From a virus (taxonomy: Duplodnaviria; Caudoviricetes), in IMG/VR virus record IMGVR_UViG_3300043399_001247, positions 1 to 50,703 of that record: DNA of 50,703 nucleotides; one strand, 5' to 3'. Under the pieces are notes generated by a model. That model saw only the letters and a list, made by a program, of their open reading frames with translations, made no database searches and had not been told where the DNA came from. Shown piece after piece: positions 27,183-35,193 of the stretch (the stretch's first letter is position 1; every line of letters starts with the position of its first letter). The translations under genes were made by a program, and so were the position numbers.

Positions 27183-28601
27183 TCAATCAAGACTCAGGTG
27201 GTCACAGGCGAAGCGCGACCCGATGTTGCTGAGCGAGTTCGACGCAGCGTTGTCCCAGACCGAGCATCGAGAACCGGAGTTCGCACCGCTGGTCCAGCTG
27301 CCGCCAAGGAGGACCGCATTTGGCGCGTTGTACTCGCTGCCCCGGCCTTCGGTGTTGGCGTTCCACGCAGCCGATGCAAACGGGCCGCCCCGCTCCTGGC
27401 CCCAAATCCACAGCACGCCCGCAGCCTGAATCACGCCCCACTTGGAGGTGTAGGCCGCATTGAGAATTGTGCTGCCCTGGTCGGTGCCGATGCTAGACGC
27501 CTCAGTTGTGCCGTAGGCGGCAGACATGAACTCTTGCTGGGTCGGGCAGCGCTTACCGAATGCGGTAGCCAACTCCATCGCCTCAAACCACGTGTAGCTG
27601 CCGTAGGTGGTGGAGCCGTTACCGCCAAACAGCGTCGGCACCTTGGGTGGGCTGGAGCCGTCGGCCATCGTCACGTTGTACTTGGAGGAGCCGTTGGTGA
27701 TGGCATCCACGCCGGTCAGGTAGATGTCCACCCAGAAGCCGCCAGCGACCAGGGTCATGCCACGCGGGTCAGAGCAAGACGGACGCCATTTCAAATCCCA
27801 GAAGCTGTACTCATTGATCTGCGCCGTAGTGTTGCCGCCAGATTGAGCCGTGGCATTGCCACCAGGCGCGTAATGGAAACCACCGACCTTGCGAGCATTA
27901 GCCGTAGGTGGCGAGGTGTGGTTGCTGGTTGCCTCTAGCGTGCCGTCTGTCTTCGCCCAGATGGCGTAGTCAGTGCCCGCCGAGAGAGACGGCATCGTGA
28001 TGCTGGCCCCACTGGCGATGGTCTTCATTTCGCCATTGACCTCGACATACAGAATGGACGACGTGGTCGCAGTGCCATTGCCCGTCTTTGTCCACGCGAC
28101 AATGGTCGAGTCTGCTTTTGTAAACAGACCTCGGTTGTTTGCTGCATTAAACGCTTGAACATCTGTGCCAATTGCAAGCCCTAAGTTGGTACGAGCATTG
28201 GCCGCAGTGCCAGCGCCGGTGCCCCCGTTGGCGACGGCCACCGTCCCCGTCACGTTGGCCGCAGTCCCTGTCGTGTTCTGATTCAGCGTTGGGACGTCGG
28301 CGGCTTGGATCGCCGACATCGCCACGTTGCTGCCGTTGCCGCGCAGGTATTGGCCGGAGGTGGTCGCCCCGGCGAGCGCGTTGATTGCGGCTTGTTGCGT
28401 GGTCTGCCCGGTGCCGCCCGCGCTGATCGGGGTGGTCTTCCAAGCGAGCACCTGCACCGAGCCGCTCGAATCCTTGTAGAAGAGCTTGCCGTCGGCGGTG
28501 TTGATGGCCAACTCGCCGTCGAGCAAGTTGCCCGCAGTCGGGGCGGCAGCAGGCGTAGCCGACTTGTAGAGTTGAATGGGCGTGTAGCCAGTTTGTGCCA
28601 T
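27183..28601 (-). CDS. mtd: Mtd-like receptor-binding protein, DGR target (C-type lectin fold)
   Basis: ARKVGGFHYAPG, NTTAQINEYS, DPRGMTLVAG, TSKWGV, GGxW...SGSR...CDHL recall BPP-1 Mtd; VR at the 3' end. Confidence 0.92.
   Translation of the reverse strand: MAQTGYTPIQLYKSATPAAAPTAGNLLDGELAINTADGKLFYKDSSGSVQVLAWKTTPISAGGTGQTTQQAAINALAGATTSGQYLRGNGSNVAMSAIQAADVPTLNQNTTGTAANVTGTVAVANGGTGAGTAANARTNLGLAIGTDVQAFNAANNRGLFTKADSTIVAWTKTGNGTATTSSILYVEVNGEMKTIASGASITMPSLSAGTDYAIWAKTDGTLEATSNHTSPPTANARKVGGFHYAPGGNATAQSGGNTTAQINEYSFWDLKWRPSCSDPRGMTLVAGGFWVDIYLTGVDAITNGSSKYNVTMADGSSPPKVPTLFGGNGSTTYGSYTWFEAMELATAFGKRCPTQQEFMSAAYGTTEASSIGTDQGSTILNAAYTSKWGVIQAAGVLWIWGQERGGPFASAAWNANTEGRGSEYNAPNAVLLGGSWTSGANSGSRCSVWDNAASNSLSNIGSRFACDHLSLD
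27201..27321 (-). repeat. DGR variable repeat (VR)
   Basis: Aligns ungapped to TR at offset 536; followed by IMH-like TGTGACCACCTGAGTCTTG. Confidence 0.95.
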
Positions 28602-28607
28602 TGCAGC

Positions 28608-28952
28608 TTACCTCAGGTTCTCGAGTTTGAACAGAGTGTTCAGGTAGAACTTCGACACCTCGTCGATTATGTTCTCTAGCGCGGGCACCTCATGAGCCAG
28701 CACTTTTCTGTTTTCGGCGATCCAAAACATCGTCTCGCGGATCACCTTCGTCACGTCGTCTGGCGCCTTGGGCTTTTCGCGCGTGGCGGCGATGCAAGCC
28801 TCAATGAACTTGTCCGCCTCGCCGGGCACGCCCTCGTAGAACTCGGCGAGCGTTTCGTGCACGTAGCCCGAATCCGTCGTCCAGTGCGCCCTGTGCGCGG
28901 CGTCGCGCGCGGCGAACATGCGCTCAATGAATTGTTCTTGCAACTTGGCCAT
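28608..28952 (-). CDS. Ferritin/Dps-like four-helix protein (DUF5856-like)
   Basis: AHRAHWTT.S..VHETL..FYE...D.FIE and ENIIDE motifs. Confidence 0.65.
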   Translation of the reverse strand: MAKLQEQFIERMFAARDAAHRAHWTTDSGYVHETLAEFYEGVPGEADKFIEACIAATREKPKAPDDVTKVIRETMFWIAENRKVLAHEVPALENIIDEVSKFYLNTLFKLENLR

Positions 28953-31234
28953 CAGAATGTGCCCCCGTCGATGCCCGCCCAGCTCGGAGCGCTGGCGCCG
29001 TTGGACTTCAACACCTGCCCGGCAGTGCCGTTGGCGATAAAGCTCGTGGTGCCCGCGCCGGTCTGATAAGGAATCTGGCTCGCCGCGCCCCCAGCCACGC
29101 TCGTTGCGGTCGAAGCGTTGCCGCTGAGCGCGGCGGTGATTGTCCCGGCGCTGAAGTTGCCCGAGGCGTCGCGAGCGACGACCTTGTCTGCCGTGTTGGC
29201 CGAGGTCGCGTCCACGGCCAGCGTGCCGGAGGTCGTGATCGTGCCGCCAGTCAGGTAGCTGCCCGCAGCGACCGAGGTCACGGTGCCCAGCGGGTTGGCC
29301 GACCACTGGAACGCGCTGCCGGACCAGTTGAGGTAAGTGTCGGGGGCGACGGGCGCGGCGACGAAGCTCGTCGCGCTGGCGCCGGTCTGGTAGGCGAGCT
29401 GGTTGGCTGCGCCCCCGGCCAAATTTGTCGCTGCGGTGGCCGAGGCCGCGCTGGCGACGGAGAGTGTGGATTGAGCCACATTCTCCCACCGCTGCTGCCC
29501 CGCGTCGTACGCGATCACGTCGCCACCCGTCAAGGTCGTGAACTCGACGTTGCCGTCCGTGCCGCCGAGCACTGAGCCGAACGTCGGGCGTACGAACAAG
29601 ATGCCGTTGCTGGAGCCGACGTTCACAACGGCCGCCATCACGACGATCGCGTTGGGAGTGGTGGGCTTTGTCTTGGTGAGGCCGCCGGTGACTGCGGGGT
29701 TGTAGTAGAGCACCTGCCCCTGCACCCAAGCCTCAGCGCCGCCGGTGGTGTCTATCTGCTTGACCTCGCCGAAGGAGGTGACCGTGATCCAGTCGTTGTT
29801 GGCTCCCGTTTCAGCGGCGAGACCCAACACGTAGTTCGCCTGGTCCGGCGCGAGGCCTGTCGCCGCCTTGCCCACCAAGCCGCCAGACGCACCCAACGTG
29901 CCCGCGAAAGAGACAACCTGCCCCTTGGTGATCGCGCCCTGACACTTCACGCGGAAATACTGCTCTTCTCCGATGCGCTGGACCACGCCTCCGTTCATGC
30001 GGAAGGAGAGCGTTTGGAACTGGTCGGCCGCGTCGTAATACAACCGACCCGTCGCGTCGGTCACGGTCGCCGTGGTGTCGAACTGAATGAAGTCGGGCGA
30101 AGAGATGCCGCCCGTCACCCCGGTCATGGAGGTGATGTCGCCGTTGGCGCCCAGCACAGCGGCCGACAAGTTCGCGCGCGCGCCGCTCGCGGTCGTGGCA
30201 CCGGTGCCGCCGTTGGCGACGTTGAGTGTGCCGCCGAGCGTGAGCGTGCCGGCAGAGGTGATCGGGCCGCCCGTGACCGTCAACCCGGTCGTGCCGCCAG
30301 AGCCGTCCACCGAAGTAACGGTGCCCGCACCCGCCACAACGCCCCACACGAACTGCGAGCCGTCCCACTTCAGGAATGTGTCGGGGGCGACGGGCGCGGC
30401 GACGAAGCCTGTGTCACCCGCGCCAACTTGGTAGAGCAGCTCGTTGGCCGAGCCGCCTGCGAGGTCGACCGCCGAAGCAGCCGGCAGCGTCGCCGAGTCG
30501 ACCCACACGGGCGCGGCAGCGCCGGTCGACTGCAACACCTGCCCAGAGACACCGACCGGGCCGACATAGAGGCCGTCCGCGCCGCACCAGATTATTGCGC
30601 CCTCGTTGGCCACCAAGCTCTTGCCCGTGCCGCCGTTGTCGAGGCCGAGGAGGCCGTCGACCTGGTCATCGTCGGCGAGGTCGATCGCCGGGTGCGCGTG
30701 GTCCGCGCGGGCGAGCTCGTTGCTCACGCCGGGCGCGCCGGTCGTGTCCACGGGCTGCGGGGTCGCGTTGCTCAGGTCGGCCGCCAGCGTGACGTTGCCG
30801 GTGAGCGGGCCGCCGCCAGTCAGGCCCGCGCCCGCGACAACCTGCGTGCTGGTCGGCACGTAACCGCTCACCTGCGCAGGAATCGTGGTGGCCGTCAACA
30901 CGCGGCCCGTGGCGTCCACCGTGAACACGGGGATGTCGGTCGCGCTGCCGTAGGCTCCAGGCGTCACGCCCGAGGCCGCCAACTGCGTGGTGCCGACCCC
31001 GCCCGGTGCGATGCTGAGCGTGACGTTGTTGGAGAGCTGCCCGCCGCCCGCCATGCCGGTCCCGGCGATCACCTGCCGCGTGACGGGCACCCCGGCCACG
31101 GAGAGCAGGTCGCCGACGCGGATCTTGTAGCTGTTGCCCTGGTACACCACCAGCATCAGCGAATCTTCCGACGCGACCGGCGCGTCGGGCAGCTGCGTGA
31201 TGCGGGTGGGGATCAGGTTGCTCGGTACGGACAT
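28952..31234 (-). CDS. Long tail fibre-like protein
   Basis: 760 aa, Gly/Thr/Ala-rich; GTVTSV, NGGTG, ARADHAHP and internal repeats; ends IDGGTF. Confidence 0.75.
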   Translation of the reverse strand: MSVPSNLIPTRITQLPDAPVASEDSLMLVVYQGNSYKIRVGDLLSVAGVPVTRQVIAGTGMAGGGQLSNNVTLSIAPGGVGTTQLAASGVTPGAYGSATDIPVFTVDATGRVLTATTIPAQVSGYVPTSTQVVAGAGLTGGGPLTGNVTLAADLSNATPQPVDTTGAPGVSNELARADHAHPAIDLADDDQVDGLLGLDNGGTGKSLVANEGAIIWCGADGLYVGPVGVSGQVLQSTGAAAPVWVDSATLPAASAVDLAGGSANELLYQVGAGDTGFVAAPVAPDTFLKWDGSQFVWGVVAGAGTVTSVDGSGGTTGLTVTGGPITSAGTLTLGGTLNVANGGTGATTASGARANLSAAVLGANGDITSMTGVTGGISSPDFIQFDTTATVTDATGRLYYDAADQFQTLSFRMNGGVVQRIGEEQYFRVKCQGAITKGQVVSFAGTLGASGGLVGKAATGLAPDQANYVLGLAAETGANNDWITVTSFGEVKQIDTTGGAEAWVQGQVLYYNPAVTGGLTKTKPTTPNAIVVMAAVVNVGSSNGILFVRPTFGSVLGGTDGNVEFTTLTGGDVIAYDAGQQRWENVAQSTLSVASAASATAATNLAGGAANQLAYQTGASATSFVAAPVAPDTYLNWSGSAFQWSANPLGTVTSVAAGSYLTGGTITTSGTLAVDATSANTADKVVARDASGNFSAGTITAALSGNASTATSVAGGAASQIPYQTGAGTTSFIANGTAGQVLKSNGASAPSWAGIDGGTF

Positions 31235-31537
31235 TTAAATCTCCAGGTAGCCGTTGCCGTCTTCGGTGGTGAAGAACTCGTCACCCGCCTCTTGGATCAG
31301 GCCCGCAGGCCGTGTGCTCAGCGGAGTGTCGGGGCGGTTGAACGGCAACACAATTTGGTCCGTCGGACGCGGGGCGAGCCGGTACGGGTCGTAGTCGTCC
31401 GTGTCTTCCGAGCAGACCATCAGACCCGGGTAATTCGGGTCCGGCGCAAGCTCGCTGAGGAACATCTTGCGCGAACACCGGGCGCAGATCCCGATGCCGT
31501 AAGTCGGCTGTCCGGTGGGATCCAGAAACCGGCTCAT
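31235..31537 (-). CDS. Conserved phage protein with Cys motif
   Basis: ICARCS...LMVC..D.D; coupled to the upstream gene. Confidence 0.65.
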   Translation of the reverse strand: MSRFLDPTGQPTYGIGICARCSRKMFLSELAPDPNYPGLMVCSEDTDDYDPYRLAPRPTDQIVLPFNRPDTPLSTRPAGLIQEAGDEFFTTEDGNGYLEI

Positions 31538-32514
31538 CGCGTGTACGCCCGGATGCCGGGGTTGATCTTGATGCTGGAGCCGTCGTTGTCGCCTTCGCGC
31601 GCTTGGCGCTCGGCTTCCAGCGCCTTGGCTTCCAGAGCCGGGATGAGCGCCATGTCCACGGAAGGCGTCTCTTCGGCGAGCTTGGCGGCGAGCCGGGCGA
31701 CGATCGCCTCCAGCCAGCGGCGGGGCACTTCAACTTCCTGCTGGAGGTTGGTGGTGTCCATGATCTGGCGCTGCCGCCAGACGATCAGCTGCGCCTGCTC
31801 CGCCGCGCTGAACGGCGCGGGCCAAAGGTGCATGATCGGGCGCGGGATGTCGCGCTGGTACCAATAGCTGTTCGGGCGGCTCGGGAAGATCTTGTTGGAC
31901 TGGTTGACGTAATCGTCGCGGTTCAACACGCCCAGCGGGATCTCTTGCGGCAAGTTGCCGAGCGTGATGTTGGAATACGCGATCGGGGCTGTGGCCGTGA
32001 TCCGGAAGTATTGGTACGCGGTCGCCGCGTCGATGTCGTACCACGTGATCTCGCCCGCAGCAGCAACGGTCGTCTGCGTGCCGACCGTGACCCAGACCAA
32101 CCCGTTGGTCGAGGCTTGGAACGTGAGCGGAACTGCCGCGCCCGACCACTTCACGCCCACGGTGCTGACCGTGGTTTGCGTGTCGAAGCTCACGGTGTAA
32201 CTCGTCGAAGTGGCGACCACCGCGCCGCTGACCAGTTGCAGCGTGCGGTAGTTGGCGTTCAGCAAGTCCTCGGTGCCCAGGGGCAACTCGACAATCGGCT
32301 GGTTCTCGTACATGGGCAGGATCACCTGCTCAATGCACCAGCTCGGCGCGCGGGGGTTGGCGTAGTTGCTCAGCTGCAGGTAGAGCGCGTCCAACGCGTA
32401 CTGCTGCATCTCTGAGGTGATGGCCTGCGCGGGCAAGCGGCAACGCCTGAACGCGGTGTCGACCACCTTCAGCGCGTTGAACTTGGTTTCGGCAATGGTG
32501 CCCGAGTAGGCCAT
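31534..32514 (-). CDS. Putative head-tail connector protein with inserted beta domain
   Basis: AFRRC, LNRDDY, RPNSYWYQR, LWPAP, PRRWLEAIVARLA motifs. Confidence 0.6.
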   Translation of the reverse strand: MAYSGTIAETKFNALKVVDTAFRRCRLPAQAITSEMQQYALDALYLQLSNYANPRAPSWCIEQVILPMYENQPIVELPLGTEDLLNANYRTLQLVSGAVVATSTSYTVSFDTQTTVSTVGVKWSGAAVPLTFQASTNGLVWVTVGTQTTVAAAGEITWYDIDAATAYQYFRITATAPIAYSNITLGNLPQEIPLGVLNRDDYVNQSNKIFPSRPNSYWYQRDIPRPIMHLWPAPFSAAEQAQLIVWRQRQIMDTTNLQQEVEVPRRWLEAIVARLAAKLAEETPSVDMALIPALEAKALEAERQAREGDNDGSSIKINPGIRAYTR

Positions 32515-32571
32515 CTGAACTCCGTGTTGCGGTCAAGATGGCCGCTGATGCAGCGCAGCCCTTTGTCGCAA

Positions 32572-32600
32572 ATTATGCCCCAGAATGTCCGGGGCAGCAA
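32572..32600 (-). promoter_or_regulatory. Sigma70-like promoter TTGCTG-N17-CATAAT
   Basis: 17-nt spacer; shared consensus. Confidence 0.6.
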
Positions 32601-32601
32601 A

Positions 32602-32931
32602 TCAGCAGTTACGCATCTTGGCAGAGCCGCCCGCCTTCATCGCCAGCATCGGCGTGGAGGGCGCGACGGGCACGCTCTTGGCGCGGCGCACGGCCGGGGC
32701 ACGCATCGGAGCGACCTTCGGCGCGGCGCGGTCCGCGCCCATCGAGCGAGGCATCGCCGGTTGAGCGGAACCCATCTTGCCGCCACGCGCGGCCTTGGCT
32801 GAGGGCTCGGCCTGCTTCATGCCTGGCTCGGCTCCTGCGGCCACCTTGCCGCCCCGGTAATAGCCTTTCACGAACTTGCTGCCAGCAGCAGAGCCGCCGA
32901 ACTCGAACTCTTTCACGTATTTGCAGCCCAT
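32602..32931 (-). CDS. Small basic protein with repeated xxGG motifs
   Basis: YYRGG, AARGG, MKAGG; GAGGA SD. Confidence 0.6.
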   Translation of the reverse strand: MGCKYVKEFEFGGSAAGSKFVKGYYRGGKVAAGAEPGMKQAEPSAKAARGGKMGSAQPAMPRSMGADRAAPKVAPMRAPAVRRAKSVPVAPSTPMLAMKAGGSAKMRNC

Positions 32932-32941
32932 GGCGCGTTCC

Positions 32942-33211
32942 TCAGGTGTAGAGAACAATCACTTTGCCGGTGGCGACGACGACCAGGCCGTTGTTGGCCG
33001 AGATGCCGTTGCCGCCGAAGTGCACCGTCTCGCCGACTGTGGCGCCGGTCTTGGCGTAGAGCACCGTGCCGCTGGCGGCCGAGGCGTTGTCGTAGACGGT
33101 CACGTCGCCCGCGCCGGTCACCGACAAGCCGAGAAAGCCCGCCGGGGTGGGCTTGATCACGAGGGTGGTGGCGCTGACCTCGCGGTAGCCTAGTTTTTCA
33201 GTGAAAGCCAT
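32942..33211 (-). CDS. Small beta-rich virion protein
   Basis: AGGAG SD; VTVYDNASAASGT; follows the capsid genes. Confidence 0.65.
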   Translation of the reverse strand: MAFTEKLGYREVSATTLVIKPTPAGFLGLSVTGAGDVTVYDNASAASGTVLYAKTGATVGETVHFGGNGISANNGLVVVATGKVIVLYT

Positions 33212-33235
33212 TGCGCGGCGCTCCTGTGGGTTGAC

Positions 33236-33490
33236 TTAGGCGACGGCCAAGCCGGTCTTCACGTCGATCCAGCTGGTGCCCTTGCCGAAGCAAACTGTGC
33301 CCGCGCCCGAGTTGGCGTCGGTGACGACGATGATGCCGTTGACGACCACGGCGGGGAGGGCGGAAAGGGTGTAGCCGTTGGCGGTGATCGCGCCGCTGAC
33401 TGCGGAGGCCGTGCCGGTCACGTTGCCGGTGACAGCGCCGATGAAGCCATTGGTCGAGGTGACCGGGCCGGAGAAGGTGGTGGAAGCCAT
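33236..33490 (-). CDS. Putative capsid fibre/decoration protein
   Basis: MASTTFSGPVTSTNGF N-terminus typical of the gene after MCP. Confidence 0.65.
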   Translation of the reverse strand: MASTTFSGPVTSTNGFIGAVTGNVTGTASAVSGAITANGYTLSALPAVVVNGIIVVTDANSGAGTVCFGKGTSWIDVKTGLAVA

Positions 33491-33497
33491 GCTCAAT

Positions 33498-33573
33498 TCC
33501 TCACATGCGAGTGTTGCAGCGCAGCCGTCTGCATGTCGTCAGCCCTGGGCGGCGCGGGCTGTCTGCTGCGCTG
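33498..33573 (-). ncRNA. Candidate pseudoknotted RNA abutting an SD
   Basis: 9-bp and 6-bp nested stems plus 6-nt ACAUGC/GCAUGU pseudoknot pairing. Confidence 0.5.
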
Positions 33574-33586
33574 GAAGGGTGCCCAG

Positions 33587-33616
33587 CAAAGCCCCCTCCG
33601 GTGAGGGAGGAGGCTT
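33587..33616 (-). terminator. Hairpin after the major capsid gene (leaky terminator?)
   Basis: AAGCCUCCUCC-6nt-GGAGGGGGCUU with only a short U run. Confidence 0.45.
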
Positions 33617-33628
33617 CACTCGACGCCC

Positions 33629-34543
33629 TTAGACGCCAGCGGTACCGAACACGCCGCGCGGGTCGGTCCAGCCGAGCACGTAACGCTCGGTGGCCTTGTA
33701 GCGCATGGAGTCGGTTTCGAAGTCACCTTCCATCGACTTCTCCAGCGGACGGCGCATCAGGAGCTTCAGGCCGTCGGGAGCGTCGGTTTGCACCCACCAG
33801 GCGGTGGTCGAGGTGATACGCGACAGGTTCGCCTGACCGTCGGCCAGCAGCCCCATGGATTTCACGGGGTTGATGTCGTTGTCGGCGGTGCCAGAGCGCA
33901 GCACGGACTTGAGCAGCACCTCGGCCTGGAAGACGTTGCTGGGGCCAGAAACGATCTTCTTCGGGGTGAGGCGGATGCGCTTGCCGTTGTTGTCGACAGC
34001 GTTGCGGATCTGAATCAGCATCTGCTCCAGCGACGTCTGCGACAGGGCCGCAGGGGTGGTCAGCTGGTTGGAGAAGGTGCCGTTCACGATCGGGTGGGAA
34101 GCAGAAACCAGCGACACGCCGTCACCGCCGACATACGCACCGTTGAAGGCGCGGTTCAGGATGTTGGCGGCCAGGGTTTCCTTGGTCTCGACCAGGGACT
34201 GGGCGAGGTGCTTGGCGTAGGTCTGGCCAATACGGATGTGGTCGCCGTCTTCCACCAGGACCTTGGTCAGCGCGAACGCCAGGCCATAGACCTTGTAGAG
34301 GTAGCGCTGCAGGAACAGCACGCCGCCGGACTGGTAGGTCACGGCCATGCCGTCAGGCAGCTCCGGCGCAGCACCGAAGCCGTACAGGACGGGCTCTTCG
34401 TGGTAGTTGCGCGGAATGCCTTTCTGCTCGCGGAAGACCATCTTCCACTCGTCAGCACGCTGCTCATAAACGCCATCGAACACTTCGTTCAGGATGGGCT
34501 CAACGACGGACCGGAAGTCCGTACTACGCATCGGGGTTGCCAT
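33629..34543 (-). CDS. Major capsid protein
   Basis: KETLAANILNRAF, GGDGVSL.SASHP, DFETDSMRYKATERY..GWTDPRG; highly biased codons. Confidence 0.88.
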   Translation of the reverse strand: MATPMRSTDFRSVVEPILNEVFDGVYEQRADEWKMVFREQKGIPRNYHEEPVLYGFGAAPELPDGMAVTYQSGGVLFLQRYLYKVYGLAFALTKVLVEDGDHIRIGQTYAKHLAQSLVETKETLAANILNRAFNGAYVGGDGVSLVSASHPIVNGTFSNQLTTPAALSQTSLEQMLIQIRNAVDNNGKRIRLTPKKIVSGPSNVFQAEVLLKSVLRSGTADNDINPVKSMGLLADGQANLSRITSTTAWWVQTDAPDGLKLLMRRPLEKSMEGDFETDSMRYKATERYVLGWTDPRGVFGTAGV

Positions 34544-34557
34544 TTGTCAAGCCCTCC

Positions 34558-35157
34558 TTAGATCGAGTTGACGGCGGCCTTGTAGGCGTGCTCGTTGATC
34601 CGCACAGTGGCGGTAACGTACGCGTCGGTCAGGCTGTCGTTGATGTTGTAAGCAAAACCAGTAATCTGGAATTGGCCAGAGGTTGCCTGGATGACGCCCA
34701 GTTGGGTGTTGCTCAGGCCAGTACGGGTCGAGCCGCCGGGGGAGGCCACGGTCCAGTCGCACTCTTCGCCGACGGCGGTTTGCACGGTGGTGGAGCCGGG
34801 GGTGCCGGGGTTCGTGTACTGAGCGTCGAACAGGGTTTCCGGGTCATCATACACCCAGGCCACGATCTCGGTGCCAGCGGCGCTGGCGGGCCAGAAGGGG
34901 CTGATGGTCGGGCGGCCGCTGGCGTCGTTGTACTGGACGCCTGCGAAAATGCCCAGGAGCGTGATGCCGTCGGTGGTGCCAGAACGGGTGCCGTCGCTGG
35001 TGCCCAGCTGAACCACGCCGTTGTCGGTGAGTTTCACGGGGTCGCCAGAGAAGATGTTCGCGGCATAGCCGGAAGCGATAGTGTAGGCCTTCGGCCGCAT
35101 CTGACCACTGTTGTGGAAGGACGGACGGAAGCCAAAAGGTGCGCTAGTCGAAGACAT
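34558..35157 (-). CDS. Capsid-associated (cement/decoration) protein
   Basis: APFGFRP, IFSGDPV, GIFAGVQY, YDDP; immediately upstream of MCP. Confidence 0.65.
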   Translation of the reverse strand: MSSTSAPFGFRPSFHNSGQMRPKAYTIASGYAANIFSGDPVKLTDNGVVQLGTSDGTRSGTTDGITLLGIFAGVQYNDASGRPTISPFWPASAAGTEIVAWVYDDPETLFDAQYTNPGTPGSTTVQTAVGEECDWTVASPGGSTRTGLSNTQLGVIQATSGQFQITGFAYNINDSLTDAYVTATVRINEHAYKAAVNSI

Positions 35158-35193
35158 TGCGTGTTCCTTATTGGTGGGTGTTGAACATGGTCG

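Larger units (their letters stand above)
25530..28601 (-). mobile_element. Diversity-generating retroelement (target-avd-TR-RT)
   Basis: All canonical components present in BPP-1 order. Confidence 0.95.

Noticed and set aside
22160-31234. Additional VR copies in other fibre genes
   Set aside because: No second TR-like segment found by eye; a BLASTN of TR against the full genome would settle it
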